Shown piece by piece: positions 39,001 to 51,742 of a stretch of 64,000 bases of DNA (the stretch's first letter is position 1; each line of letters opens with the position of its first letter). The notes under the pieces were generated by a model that saw only the letters and a list, made by a program, of their open reading frames with translations, had not been told where the DNA came from and searched no databases. The position numbers and the translations under genes are program-made. Source of the stretch: Albugo candida. Its lineage: Eukaryota. Where the stretch lies: NCBI GenBank assembly GCA_040437565.1, contig JBDOQK010000028.1, positions 310,001 through 374,000 of the forward strand, read 5' to 3'.

Positions 39001-40949
39001 AATTCTCTGTAGGTATTGAGTGTCCTTACACACTTGTCTCGGATAGTATGCCTTTCGCATTCCCACAGTCGCATGGAATAGTTATGAAGTGATGGTGCAT
39101 GGGGCAACACCTTCTCACCCTTGCGGTACGCAGTTAACGTCATTTGAACAACTACTGCCTCTTTCAGTACTCATTGCAGCTTTGAGAAGAGAGCCGTCCC
39201 AATTCACGCAGCGTCTAGTGTTCAGTATTTTGCCTGAGTTTGCGGAAGACGGTTTAATGCGACGAAGGGAACTTCTGTTCGATGAAGTTATATAATAAAT
39301 TGCCTAATTACAATGATACAAGCGATCAACTCGGCAGACACATGGACGATATGCCACATATTTCGGGTGAGAAATTTCGGTTTCTGTCAGCATCGATGCT
39401 TGATGGATATAATACACATGTTGTTCTTGTTAGGAAATTCTATAGCTAGCTTCACTGGTGTTGAAAGTGTACCCAGCCAACAAGATGTTTCAGAGGCTTT
39501 TAACCTTCTCCTGTACAAACTTGACCACAGCGACAATTCGAGCAAGCAACCAAATGGGAATTCTTTGACAAACTTCAAAGCTAAGGCTGATTTGCTGTTT
39601 TCGGATGTACGTAGCTATGAACGTAAATAACAGTGACTATTGCGGGTCCGTAATTATTCGAACACGAACAGGTCCGAAACATCTAGTAATAACCACTCAG
39701 TACACCGAAGACCTTGTTTGAGCACAAAAAAATGACAAAAACTGAGATTATACAGTTCGCACGTTTCTAAAGTCTCGTACAACAGGCTAAATATTCTTGA
39801 ATACCAGTTGGTTTCTATTGTTTGTTACAATGCTCCTCGTTTCGGTAGAGGAGCTCGAATCAACCGACAACTTGAAGATTTCTGATACTTTCAATGGCAT
39901 TGTCAAAGCCGCTGCCGTTTCCTAATTCGCTCATCCCAAGATTGTCCAAGTTTGCTCTTCCTATCCCGGATATCTCGCAGCTGACTGCAGTCCTTGCGTC
40001 AATTCATTTAGCATCATCAGCTTTCTTGGTAACGAGCTGTACCACCAGAGGCTTTCTAATCTCTTTTTCGACACATTTTTGTCTCAATAAAGTCACAACA
40101 AGCATCTTGGCAGCACTGCACACGTCACAAATGCTTCGGAACGCTACCAGCTATCAACAGTTTGCGTATGACAAGAGCTCGCATAGTGAAGCAGAAACAT
40201 ATCCGAAGTAGCGCGGTTACGATACGACCAAATTGATTGCAGATTTGTCGTACATTGCGGCTCGATGAGGTTTTCACATTGAAGAGAGTAAAGTCTCGGA
40301 ATGCCCACAAATATTTTGCTGATCATACAGAACGATTATACTTATAGTTGAGTTTAGACGAAATGCGCAGAAAAACGCCGTGAACTTTCACTCCATTGAT
40401 CGTCGAAATAAGTCCAGCGCGAATGATTTCCTTGCACACCGACCCCGAGACTTTAGACGACTTGGATCTCGGCTTTAATGATAATTGGTCACACCGACTC
40501 ATCCTCGATGTCTTTGTTTTTTGGTAGGTGCTAGTGTCACCAAGTCCTCCAAATGCTTCAATTCCCTTATAGTAAAATTTCGGCTTCGCATCCAATGTAT
40601 GACTCTCGAGTTTTGATCTCGAACGTCTCGGGATATGGAAAGTTGGACTTGGACATTTGATCGCTAATATCCATGCAAATTGTATACTAAGCAATCTGAT
40701 TCCTCAAATATATAATGATAGTTGATGGGGCATTTTGACGATGAGGCTAGTTGCTGATGACTTTTAGAGTGACTAAATGGTTTTTCTGTACTGCATCGAG
40801 TAAAAAAAATTCCGGGACATTTCCGGGGTCACATACTGATGATTTTTAAGAGACTTGGATTTTTTTCATCGAGCGGTACAATCAAGAATGACGCACACTT
40901 GTCGTGCTATGGGTGCTTCCGATGCAATATACTTGTTTTAATTCAGCAT

Positions 40950-41715
40950 CTGCCATTCAAAATATAGCATCAGCAGACCGAATGCAGCAAGCCGAGAATC
41001 AGATTTGCTGCTCCGGGGGAGCGGCTTGTCAAATAAAACAACTGATGTGTGGATGAACGAGAGACATTCGAAGCGGTTCCGTTATCTAAAGGGTTGATGG
41101 AATCTTTGATCCAGAAATTTAGTCCCATTTTGTATCTCACCTTCTTTCTCCTAGAATTTGGTTTTTCGAGAAGTAGATGAAGCATGCATCACAGCCACCA
41201 TATGTCCATTGTTCCGAATACGCCTCGTCCAAATCGTCCTACCCAAGAATCCCCAGTACGTAAAAACTTAACGTTCCGCAAATGTGTAATGGTGATAGCG
41301 ATATGTAACACATTAGCGTCGAGTATGGCATACCAATCGCACTTATGCTCGCCCCCAACCCATATCCTGACGTTTTTGCTCGATAATCCTTGCTGAGTAG
41401 CACATTAGTGATTTTCAAGTCTCGATTGCTCATTTGAGTACCCACAAGGCAGCTCGCAAAAGTAAAGGAGACTTCTAAGATGCCAGCTTGCCTCACCCAG
41501 AGATCCACGTGGACAGAACTCCGAGATTGCTTGGAAATTCTGTCCGTCTCGAAAGGTATTCTGTGATGGGACCAGCTTCTCATAATCGCGTGATAAAAAC
41601 ATCTATGCGGACATAAACAGTCAGATTGTTGAAAGGGCTCAGCAATCGATGCGGTCTGACTTCTTGTGCGACTTATTGTCCCAAGTAGCAGTTTCCAAAG
41701 TAGCCAGAAAAACAT
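40950..41715 (-). pseudogene. Protein kinase (TKL-like) relic
   Basis: SEFCPRGSL, NRDLKITNVLLSKDYRAKTSGYGL (from HRDLK..N..DFGL) and an HYT..-VF remnant, spread over frameshifted frames. Confidence 0.65.
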
Positions 41716-41979
41716 TGGTCAATTTTGTGGATTGTGACGATGGCTTCATCCGCAGCTTGTGTTCGAAACGGGTAAAACAAGGATCTACAGATACATAAAT
41801 CCATCCCTTCTTCTTTTAAATTACATGTTGCTTCGATATCGACAGACTAAACTGATTGATAAGAAACCAATTTGGCAACCGTATACTATGCACATTGCAA
41901 AGAAAATAGACGCCAATGTATGGCTATAATTTGAATCAAGCTTCAGTGTCGCTTATAAGGCAGAAAACGTATCGAGCAC

Positions 41980-42450
41980 TTACGGCTTCAAAAAGACAAA
42001 GGTGGGCATTAACATGTTATCCGTAAGTTGGCCGAATCGAGCGTAATGGGTACCTCACATGGAAATATTTGTCCGGGGCGAGCTGTTCGATGTGATCTAG
42101 TCGAGCGCGGAACTTGGATCAAGCACGTGAATTAGACTAGATACGCTGGGTACGCGATACTTTTGGAAGATGTTTGTACGCATATTGCGATTGATCGTTA
42201 GAGAATTTGTCATCGACCGACGATTACGTTTCCAAAATATGCATTTCGGACTGCGCTCACCTGCTTAAATCAATCACAATGCTCGGAATTCAACGTGAAG
42301 GCGTTTTATATGGCTTCAGAAATCATACGATGGCGTTGTTATGGTCCGATCGGAGGGGATTTTTATGAATTGGCAAAATGCTCTTTGTTATGCCCACAAA
42401 GGCAGTCTTGTAACTTGTGAGTCGCTTGTTTGGACGTCAAAAGAGTCACA
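41980..42450 (+). pseudogene. CAMK-group protein kinase relic
   Basis: ME..RGELFDVI, AYCD*SLENL (from AHRDLSLEN), KIC.FGL and KAFYMASEI, with stops and frameshifts. Confidence 0.65.
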
Positions 42451-44284
42451 AATCAAACTAATGAGCCCAAGCCCTCTTTTGGCCCATTTTCTCGATTCAT
42501 CCCCTTCTAACGGATTTCCATTCGACACGACAGACACCCGCGATATTTTGGCTGCATCCTCCAACTACCATCATCACGCGGAAAAGCTGTCTGATGACGA
42601 ATGCTTAGCGATACGGACTTGTGTCTGTGCTCGTTCTACGATCGAGCATTCTTGTATGGAAGTCTCCTTTACATCAATACGAATCTGTACCTCATCGACG
42701 TAGCAATATGCTTACGAGTAGAATTTGACCTCTTCCAGCAAGGTATTGATTGCGGATGCTTTCCAAAACGTGGCGATTCGGACACTTTCGCGATTGACAC
42801 GCTCGACTACCTATACACTTCGTGTCCTGGATGTTTCTGGTAACAGCCCTATGCGCGGAAGCAAGACAAATTTGCTTTTTGCGCAATTAAATTTTCGTTT
42901 CACAATAATACTGCTTCGTTCTTTGTTATGAGCCAAGTAGGAAGCCGTTCTGATAAATTAGTGCCTTGATCTCCTTCTAATTTGTCTCATTAGCATGAAA
43001 GTGCGCTTTTTCAAATTCCTACAAAATCTTCGATTACAGCTACGTACTCGACTAAAGTGCAACTAAGCTGAGCAGTGATCTATAAACTCAACTGATGTTT
43101 AAAGATGTTGCTGCTTCATACATCTCTCTTAAACCCCAAATCATCCTCAACATGGGCCTCTTGGTAACTTACATCTATCACGCCGTCAGTGTGACCTTGG
43201 AGTATAACGGTCATATCTTCAAATTAAACAATGATTTGTGAATCGTGTTTCGCCCTTCTTGAGCAACATGTATGCTTCGATGTCGCTCCAACCCATTGCA
43301 ACGCTTTGTTGGCTTCTCAAACGTAAAGTGATCAACTTTGTCAGTTTCCCAACCTGCTGGAATATAAGGTGAGCTCAACGCATGAAATATCCTGATGATT
43401 TCTATCGATGGAGTCGAATCGACTGAATTCGAAGAATGACGCTATTTTCCTCAGCGATCAGTCTTGGTGAAGACGGCAGCAAGCACTCTGATCAAANNNN
43501 NNNNNNNNNNNNNNNNNNNNNNNNNNNNNNNNNNNNNNNNNNNNNNNNNNNNNNNNNNNNNNNNNNNNNNNNNNNNNNNNNNNNNNNNNNNNNNNNATTA
43601 AACAATGATTTGTGAATCGTGTTTCGCCCTTCTTGAGCAACATGTATGCTTCGATGTCGCTCGAACCCATTGCAACGCTTTGTTGGCTTCTCACACGTAA
43701 AGTGATCAACTTTGTCAGTTTCCCAACCTGCTGGAATATAAGGTGAGCTCAACGCATGAAATCTCCTGATGATTTCTATCGATGGAGTCGAATCGACTGA
43801 ATTCGAAGAATGACGCGATTTTCGTCAGCGATCAGTCTTGGTGAAGACGGTAGCAAGCACTCTGATCAGCGGCTTAAATACCTTCTATCCAACTTGACAC
43901 CACCTATCCCCCTCAAGTACTTTGACATATAACAAAGCTGGTGTTCAAGAACGACTACTTCTCGATACACTTTTCGTTTCAGGTAGATTTGAGATTATTG
44001 CTCAACGTACGAAGGAATATGGTACTGCATCAAATTGCTGCAGCTAAAAGCAGCAGAAATCACGAACCCGACGAAAGAAGCGAAAAGCGGATCCGTTTTG
44101 AGGATTCTAAGAAATTTACTCAGCTTCTCTTCCTTAAATTCCGACGCATGTTGTCAATAGGAGCGCTCTGCAATGCACAGGTACGCGCCACATAGGATCT
44201 CCTGCGTTCGAGTATATCATAGAATCTCAATATTGATAAAAAATTCAATTCTGGATTGGTAGTAGCATTATAACGAGGTATATA

Positions 44285-44659
44285 CTAGCGGCTAGCCGAA
44301 AATTTGCTTCGCAATCGTTTGCGAGCCGATAGCCCACTTGTAACATTAAGGATTATGTGGTACGTTTTTGTGTCATCAAGTGTGCTTATGCTGATATCGA
44401 GCGCGCTCAAGTAACGATGGTTCAGCACCCAATGTTCACTACGTCTAGAACAGATATACCATAGAGGTTGGTTCCAATCATCCAAAGGGTAGACAATGTA
44501 GGCGTCTGGCGCGTAGTCAGGAAATGTGAACGATAATTTATTGGTGGAGGAGGCCGAACGTTTTCTGTACTCACCAGTTGTGCTGTCTTTTGTATACTCC
44601 ATCCGAAACCACTTTTCGACCCATTTAAAAGGTTGCGCTGGTTTGTCAAATCTCATCAC
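44285..44659 (-). other. 124-codon ORF of unknown function just beyond the LINE 3' end
   Basis: Protein-like composition but no recognised motif and no clear ATG context. It may be a gene truncated by the LINE. Confidence 0.25.
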
Positions 44660-44664
44660 ACTGT

Positions 44665-47600
44665 TTAATCTAACTAAGTTGTAATAACTAAGGTTGTGAA
44701 GTGCATAGCTCCAGCATACAAGTATGTTCGAGCTCTCACTGTCGCATATAGTTGTCTCTTATGACAAAAGGAAGACAGTAGAGTGGTCCACATAGTCAAT
44801 CCAAGTTTGATGATCTCAAAGTTGATGAGACGAAGTGGTAGAGAATGCGCCGCAATGATGAAAAGGCCACGGTGAAGGATGTCCGAAGATATGCTTCGCT
44901 AAGGCCAAAGTTTGAGCGTGTAAGTTGGTAGTGATTGGAGCAGGGATGGAAAGACTTGGTGAAAGTTGTGAAGGCCAAGTGACGCAGAAGTCCATACCTG
45001 AGCAAAATTGTAGGGAAATAGGAAGTAATGCCGTACCATAGTATGTAGTGACCAAATACTTGGTGGAAAAAAAGTGTTGAAGCTTAATCCATCAAGTCCG
45101 GAGTTGAGCGTAGATAATGCATAGGAGGAACGCAGTGATGAACGGACTTTGTGACATGTCGTTATCGACAAACGTCACATAAGGCCATAAGTTGAGCGTT
45201 TGTAGGTGATAGGTGCTTCAAGCGCCTATTATGAGCCCGAAGGTAGCAACGTGCCATACGATGAAGCTGCGTAGGGAATGCTTCCTGGTGCTGAAAGATA
45301 GCTGCATTGCGCGCAAGCCATAATGTTCTAAGTATGATACAACGAAAAACGTTAAGGACGCGAATGATATTGTGAGTACCATAAGTCCGGGTAGCTGATG
45401 TTGTAATGGCAAAGTTTGTGCCATAGACGACAGTGTCCCATGTGAGTGTTCCTTCTAGGCAGCCAAAAACTGGGAAGAGGGAGTGAAACCATAAATGTGT
45501 AGCCAGGGAACATCCCCAAAACAAGTGTTTAGCTGTTTCGGGAGAAGCACAACCATGGGAGCAGAGGACTTCAGGGGTATGATAACGATATTTCACACGG
45601 AGACGTAAGCCATTGTGTTGGAGGCGGAACTTAAGGTCAGCAAACACTGTCAGAACATCTCTATTGAGGGATCTTTCACGCTTCCACATAGTATTCCACT
45701 GTGCTGGCGGTGTAACTTCCAAGGCTTCATCAGGAGGCACCACTATTTTCGGTAGTTGATGTAACAGATAATAGAGCCTGCGGTTGCTAAGGCGAATAAA
45801 GGGAGCTTCTTTAAAAGACCATTCAACAAAGGCCGCAGCGATATGCTGAGGAAGGAAGGGGCCATGATCGGTAGTGATACCTCTTTTGATCACCTCACAG
45901 TATTTGGTGAAGAGGTTGATAGTAGCTATGAAATCCTTTCGCCACTGAAAGGCACTGCTGGGGAGAACGGCTGTGAGGATACTGTGAGTAGGCAAGGAAC
46001 CAAAGCGACCAAGAAAGTCGGAAAGGTGTTGGTATCCTTGACGATAAAAAAGCTGTGTATAGATACTGGCATGTTCCATTGGCCGCTTGTTGGGTCCAAA
46101 AACTCGTTTGTAGTGTCGCCAGATAGGTGCTTGTAATGTATCGGTAGAATGGGTGGTAGTGTTGGAAGTTCCTCGTAGGAGGCGATACCACTGTTGGAAA
46201 GTTGCATACCAAAGGGGACCAAGACAAGACCAACGAGGTTGCGGGATAGTTGAAAGGTTGGTGGGTGAATAAAGTAAGTCCAAACCAATTCCCGTGCCAG
46301 CAAGTGACTCTGTCATTAGCTGAAGCGCGGGGAGGAACCATGAAAGGGGAGTACAGGTTAAGCAAGCCTTGATACCGTCCCTTAGGAGGCAAAGGTGCAT
46401 TGCCTGAGAGAACTCTGAATACAAGATAATCCCAAGCCACCAAGTGCTGTTGGTAGAGTGATCCAGTCCGAATGCATTGGGCTCTGTGTAGGCAAGTCAA
46501 GGTCGATCGGCCGTTGATAGAGGAAAGCTTTGCACAACTTCCATACCGAGTCGATAATGTGTGAGGGTATTGGTGTTACTGCCGCAGGGTACCAGAGAAG
46601 AGGTAAAACGATTGACCGTAGGATCACCGCACGTCCCGGTAGTGTCCTGCCCCGAAATCCCAACGCTACGAGTCGAGCTTGAAGCTTGGTGAGTAGGCAA
46701 GGAAAACGTTGAGACAGGTTGAGGTCTTGGTATTGTTCGACGCCAAGAAAGGTGACTGTGGGGACTACCTAGTCTAGCTTTTGCGTAATGTCTGACCGAG
46801 GCCATAGGCGCATCTCGGAGATCTTTGAGGAAACCGGTGCAATCATCCGCAAATGCTGTAAGGTGTTGAGGCGCTGATGAACCTTGTACCGGAATGCCAA
46901 GGTGTACTGTTGATGCGCGGACGTAATTCAGGAAGGGTTCCAGGAAGAGCACAAAGAGCGAAGGTGAAAGGGAATCACCTTGGCGAACCCCGCTTCCGAG
47001 TTGAAAAAACTTGCTTGCACGACCATTCACCATTATAGCGATAAGGTTATCTTGGTAAAAGGTCTTGATCCATGAGCGAAAGGTAGCTCCAAAGCCATAA
47101 TGGTTTAAGACAGTGTGAAGAGCAGGCCACAGCACACTCTCAAAAGCCTTAGTGAAGTCCAATAAGATAGCACTAGCATTGAGAAATCGTTGCTGGCAGA
47201 GTTGTTGGATGTCTTGAAACCGCACTAGTGTATGTCGAATTGATCTGACTTGAACAAAGCCACTTTGATCGGTCTGGAGTTGCTTCGTTAGGACTTTGCG
47301 AAGGCGGTAAGTAAGAATCTTGGGACCGAGCTTTGCGTCATGATTGAGGAGAGTAATAGGTAGGTAGTCACTTGGAAGGCTTCTGTCACCCTTCTTATAT
47401 AGAAGTGTAACTGTAGCTCTTCGTTGGAACTTGGTCATTCGTCCTTTGGATAGTTGTGTGGGGTAAACTAACTCAAAGACCCGTGCCCAGTCGATGTGGA
47501 AAGTTGATAATATTCTACTGGAAGGCCATCATTTCCGGGAGCTTTGTTTGGAATTGACGTCTTGATTGCCCAGTAAAAGTCGTTTGCCGTAAAAGGGGCA

Positions 47601-48323
47601 TCGAGAAATGCGCGATCGTGATCGATAAGGGTTCGTGTGGTATGCTGTAGAAAAGAACTAAGCTGAACTGGTTCATGTCTACGGCAATGAACACTGGAGG
47701 AATATTCCTTTGAAGGTGATTGTAAGATTGTGCGCAGTAATCACGATGGATCGCCGCCATTTCATCAGGGGAAGTGGCTTGAGATCCGTCGATACGCTAA
47801 GTGGATGGAATGCATACTTGGGGTAAAACTGAAGTAGGGGGTCGGAGAAAGGATTTGGTAGCTTATCACTGTATCGGATTTTATCGTTGAAATGATGCCA
47901 GGAACCAAGTGTATTGCGCCTGGTTTCTTTCTCGTTAATTTCCGTGCGAAGAAGCGTTGCGTGATTTGTGTTGGAAGTCGTAGGAACATGAGCTGCAAGG
48001 TGGGCGGCAGTGTGCTAGTCACGCCGTAACTGGGTAAGTTGGAGTTGCTGGTGAGTCTTGATTGTTTGGAATTGATGCCGGAGAAAATTAAGATCGGAAC
48101 GCTTGTGCTCGTCGAATAAAGCGACAGGGTTGTCCTCTTCTCCAAAGCGAAGTCGATCCACTAGATGCGAAAGTCGAGTCTTTAGGACGTCTTGGACGTA
48201 AGGCACCTTTAAAAGCCAAGTAGGGCATTTCCAAGGTAGGCGTGAACAAACGGGGTAGGCAGCATGTTGTAATCGAAAAATGACAGGCAAGTGATCCGCT
48301 AGATGACATTGAGTATCCGGGTC
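44665..48323 (-). mobile_element. Non-LTR retrotransposon (L1/Tx1-like) ORF2 and 3' UTR, decayed; 5' end lost at a gap
   Basis: End of AP endonuclease (ADHLPV, ~48300). RT motifs PITLLNHDAKL, LDFTKAF, GVRQGDSLSPSLF, FADD. GGLGL motif and C-terminal CSHGC..ETAKHLFWGC zinc finger. Frameshifted; 3' boundary approximate. Confidence 0.92.
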
Positions 48324-48423
48324 NNNNNNNNNNNNNNNNNNNNNNNNNNNNNNNNNNNNNNNNNNNNNNNNNNNNNNNNNNNNNNNNNNNNNNNNNNNNN
48401 NNNNNNNNNNNNNNNNNNNNNNN

Positions 48424-48870
48424 GTTCCAAAGAAGGAAAGGCTAATAAAGCCGGACTTCTGCTTCTACCGAGGAAGGAAAGGCGAGTAAAAACTGACTTC
48501 GCTTCTCTCGAACACGGAAACGCTGGTATAGACGGGCTGATTCTTCTCCCGAAGGAGGAAAAGGCTGGTAAAGACGGGCTGATGCTTCTCCCGAAGAAGG
48601 AAAGGCTGGTAGAGGAGGGCTTGTTCTTCTCTTGAAAAGGAAAGGCTGGTAAGTCGAACTGATTCTTCTCTGGAGAAGGAAAGGCTGGTAAGTCGGACTG
48701 ATTCTTCTCTCGAAGAAGGAAAGGCGGTAAAAACCGGTGCCGAATTCTTCCAAAGAATGAAAGGCTAAAAAAGCTGGCGTCGACAGCTTCCAAAGACGAA
48801 AGGCTGGTAAAGACGGGCTTCTGTGATGGAAAGGCTGGGAAAGGCTGGTAAAGGGGGTCGGAAGGCTGTA
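48424..48870. repeat. Minisatellite of ~39-42-bp units (about 10 copies)
   Basis: Recurrent gaaggaaaggctggtaaagacgggctgattcttctc; the minus strand reads ARLYQPFPPSGEES or SPSLPAF depending on frame. Confidence 0.85.
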
Positions 48871-49670
48871 AAAAAATCCGCGGAGTGGGTGTGAAGGGGG
48901 TTGCTGATTGGCTCTTTGAAAGTACGGTTTGAATATTACTTGCGCACTAGAGAGCAAAGTTAAAAGTATATAAGGTTGCGCTGGTAGTTTGGTCTCATAA
49001 TCACCGAGATGTATACGTACTTTTTGTTCAGAGTATTCTGTTTCACCCACTTTAGTTTTAGGAAGACGAAGATTGTCCTCATACTTGAAATCTCTACCTT
49101 TACCACGGTTTTTTGGAGCACCCGATTGGTACTTTATATGAATGGCTTTATCATATTGCGTAAATAAATAGATTCCTTTTGGAGCCAATTTTTAAGAACA
49201 TGTCAGGATCGAGCATTATAAAATCCTTCGTCCCGTACATTGGCATGTAACCGTTGTGCAAAGTCTTCATGAGATTCGTAGATATTTTCCAACAACCGCT
49301 TATAATACTGGCATAGGTTTGCATCGCGTCTTCTCTCATTTCTGGATTATAGTGCCATTTGAAATCAGAAATGAAAACAGTGCCAGTTAGTGTTATTACA
49401 TCCAGAACGCCTCCTGCAAGATAGTTGTATTCTTCGCCCACTTCTGTCTCCGATCTGAGGAAGAAATCCCAGCAACTGTTTACTTTCCCCACCCATATAA
49501 AACTGCATGAGATATCCATTCAGTTCTACCCTTGCTATCTTGATAGCTAGCCCACAATTCATGCTCTTTTTATTACAGTTGAGCAACAGAGAACCCTCGA
49601 CGTGATGGAGATATGCTGATAAGGCTCCAAGCAAGGCGGTGAAGTACGAAAGTGATGGATAGATCTTCAT
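48424..49670 (-). pseudogene. Signal-peptide protein pseudogene, paralog 2, with a C-terminal repeat array
   Basis: MKIYPSLSYFTALLGALSAYLHHVEG (ATG 49670). Three overlapping ORFs (49365, 49151, 48442) are joined by two frameshifts and are collinear with paralog 1. Confidence 0.7.
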
Positions 49671-49837
49671 TGTGTTCGCTCTTGTTCGAATATTGGATTG
49701 TGATGACCTTTTGGCTTACGAACCATCACCACTCAATATATGGAAGCGAACAACTTGTGCTACTTCCCTATCGTTGCGTTGTGAGCTCCGTCCAAATGTA
49801 TATTCAGCCTGGGGTAGGTTCTAGCTGTATGAGAATT

Positions 49838-49981
49838 TGTTGGATGTTAGCATCAGGACAGATGTGCAGATAAGATGCGGTAGTTTCTAAAGGCTTAGAT
49901 TAACTTAAGTGAACTAAGGACCTAACATAAGTACTTCCGAATTTAAGCTCCGTGGGTCTTGTTTGTTAGAGATCATCAACA
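49838..49981. mobile_element. Solo LTR (144 bp)
   Basis: TGTTGGATG...CATCAACA termini and near-perfect 5-bp TSD (gaatt/gtatt). Absent from the homologous site at ~30700, which reads gtatgagtattt. Confidence 0.7.
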
Positions 49982-49996
49982 GTATTCAAAAAAAAT

Positions 49997-50540
49997 GTTG
50001 CACGCCTCGCAACGTAAACAAGTTGGCAACGTTTCCAAAGTATCGATCGCGTATTTCGTGAGTTTTTCGCGAACCTTGAACGTAAAGTGTAGGTGAGACA
50101 CATAGGTGTACAATATTGATGTACAAATTTCAAAAAAAGCAGAACACGTATTCTTTCTGAATAACTTTATTTGATTGAATCAAACTACTAGTGAATACGT
50201 ACATACGATGCGAGCCCCTAAGTTTACAGTAAAGTTGCACGCCTCGTAGCGTAAACAAATTGGCAACGTTTCCAAAGTATCGATCACGTACTTTGTGAGT
50301 TTGTAGCGAACCTTGAACGTAAAGGGTAGGTGAGATACATAGGTGTACGATACTGTAATCCTATTTGTAGCCTCGTTTGACGTACAAATTTTATAAAAGC
50401 AGAACACGTATTTTATCTAAATAACTACATACGATGCGAGCCCCTACGTTTACAGTAAGGTTGCACGCCTCGTAGCGTAAACAAATTGGTAGAGTTTCCA
50501 AAATATCGATCACGAACTTTGTGAGCATGGAGCGAACCAA
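49997..50540. repeat. ~230-bp tandem repeat (2 full units plus a partial)
   Basis: Units start gttgcacgcctcg at 49997, 50234 and 50460; homologous to 30719-31040. Confidence 0.85.
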
Positions 50541-51742
50541 TCACAATCTTGTACGCTAGAAAAGTTGACGCTGGAATAACCTTCGTAGAGCCGTTGACTG
50601 GGAAACATATACTTCGAAGGTGCTGAGGTTTCCGAATATCACTTGTGATTCGTAAAGCATTTAAGTACCTCATTTAGTCGCGATAATACTCTGAACTTCT
50701 TTTTTTTAATTGAATCATTTGCGAGTGCATAAAGAGTCTATCCTTCTTAGTGTCTTGATGAGAGTATCCTTTGCTCTTCCTTATTTGGATATAAAAAACG
50801 GTAATATATGAAGGCGATTGTGTGTCTGCGTCATCCCGATAAGGTTCTACGGTTAATGTTGATCTACATTATATTATGCGGAATCGAAAAGACTTTTCGG
50901 CCTTTTTATGATCTCTCTTCGAGTATCTTGTGCACGATGAGACCATTGCATTTGCAACAATTGTCTTAACACCTTTGACGACATCTAAGTAGTGTTGTTA
51001 GACAGATCGGGCGAAACGGTGGCTCTCTTTACAGCAGGTCATCGTTTCACCGGTACTTTACAAGCGATATATGAACGATATTTCGAATTTTTTAACATCG
51101 ACATTTAGCGGTTGAGCAATCTCGGCTTCTTTTAGCATCAACGCTTGACGCGCATCATTGACTCGTTATTCTTGTTTGGTTTATTGATTGCTTGCGTCAC
51201 TTATGCTCAATAGGATAGCCAGCCAATTCCTTAGAAAGCGTGCAAGACGTTTTCTAAAAAGAGACACCAGCTCACAAAGCGTTGATTCCTGACAGCTTCA
51301 AACGTCTAAATGCGCGATCAACACACTTGGGATCTCGTCTCAATACAAAAAAATGATAACGATCGAAAATTTGACACCTGCATACATACACGTCAACAAA
51401 GTAAAACATGCGCAGAAACAGGAAGACACCAGTATCGCTTCAGAGCGATTGGCAGACTGCGAAGATAATCATGCCTTTAGTCTATGATATCAAAGGAGCA
51501 AAACTATAACAATCTCGCGCTTTGTGGTAGCAGGATATATCCATAGACTTCAACTGTACAATTAGATTGTGTTATTGACTCTAGCATCGTTCATTCAAAC
51601 GTATATGTATGGATCACACTTCATTACAGAGCGTAAACATTGATCCCGTTTCAGTAATTGCCGTCTGAGCGAAAGTATGAGAATAGATCGGGTGGCATCT
51701 CGCTTGCGGCCAAAGTGCTACAAACAATTGCAATGCTTTCGG

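Noticed and set aside
37100..40700. Scattered 60-120-aa ORFs
   Set aside because: No recognisable motifs or consistent exon chain; possibly decayed genes but unsupported.
48424..48870. CRISPR-like periodic array
   Set aside because: The whole unit is repeated and degenerate with no unique spacers, there are no cas genes, and the context is eukaryotic. It is a minisatellite.
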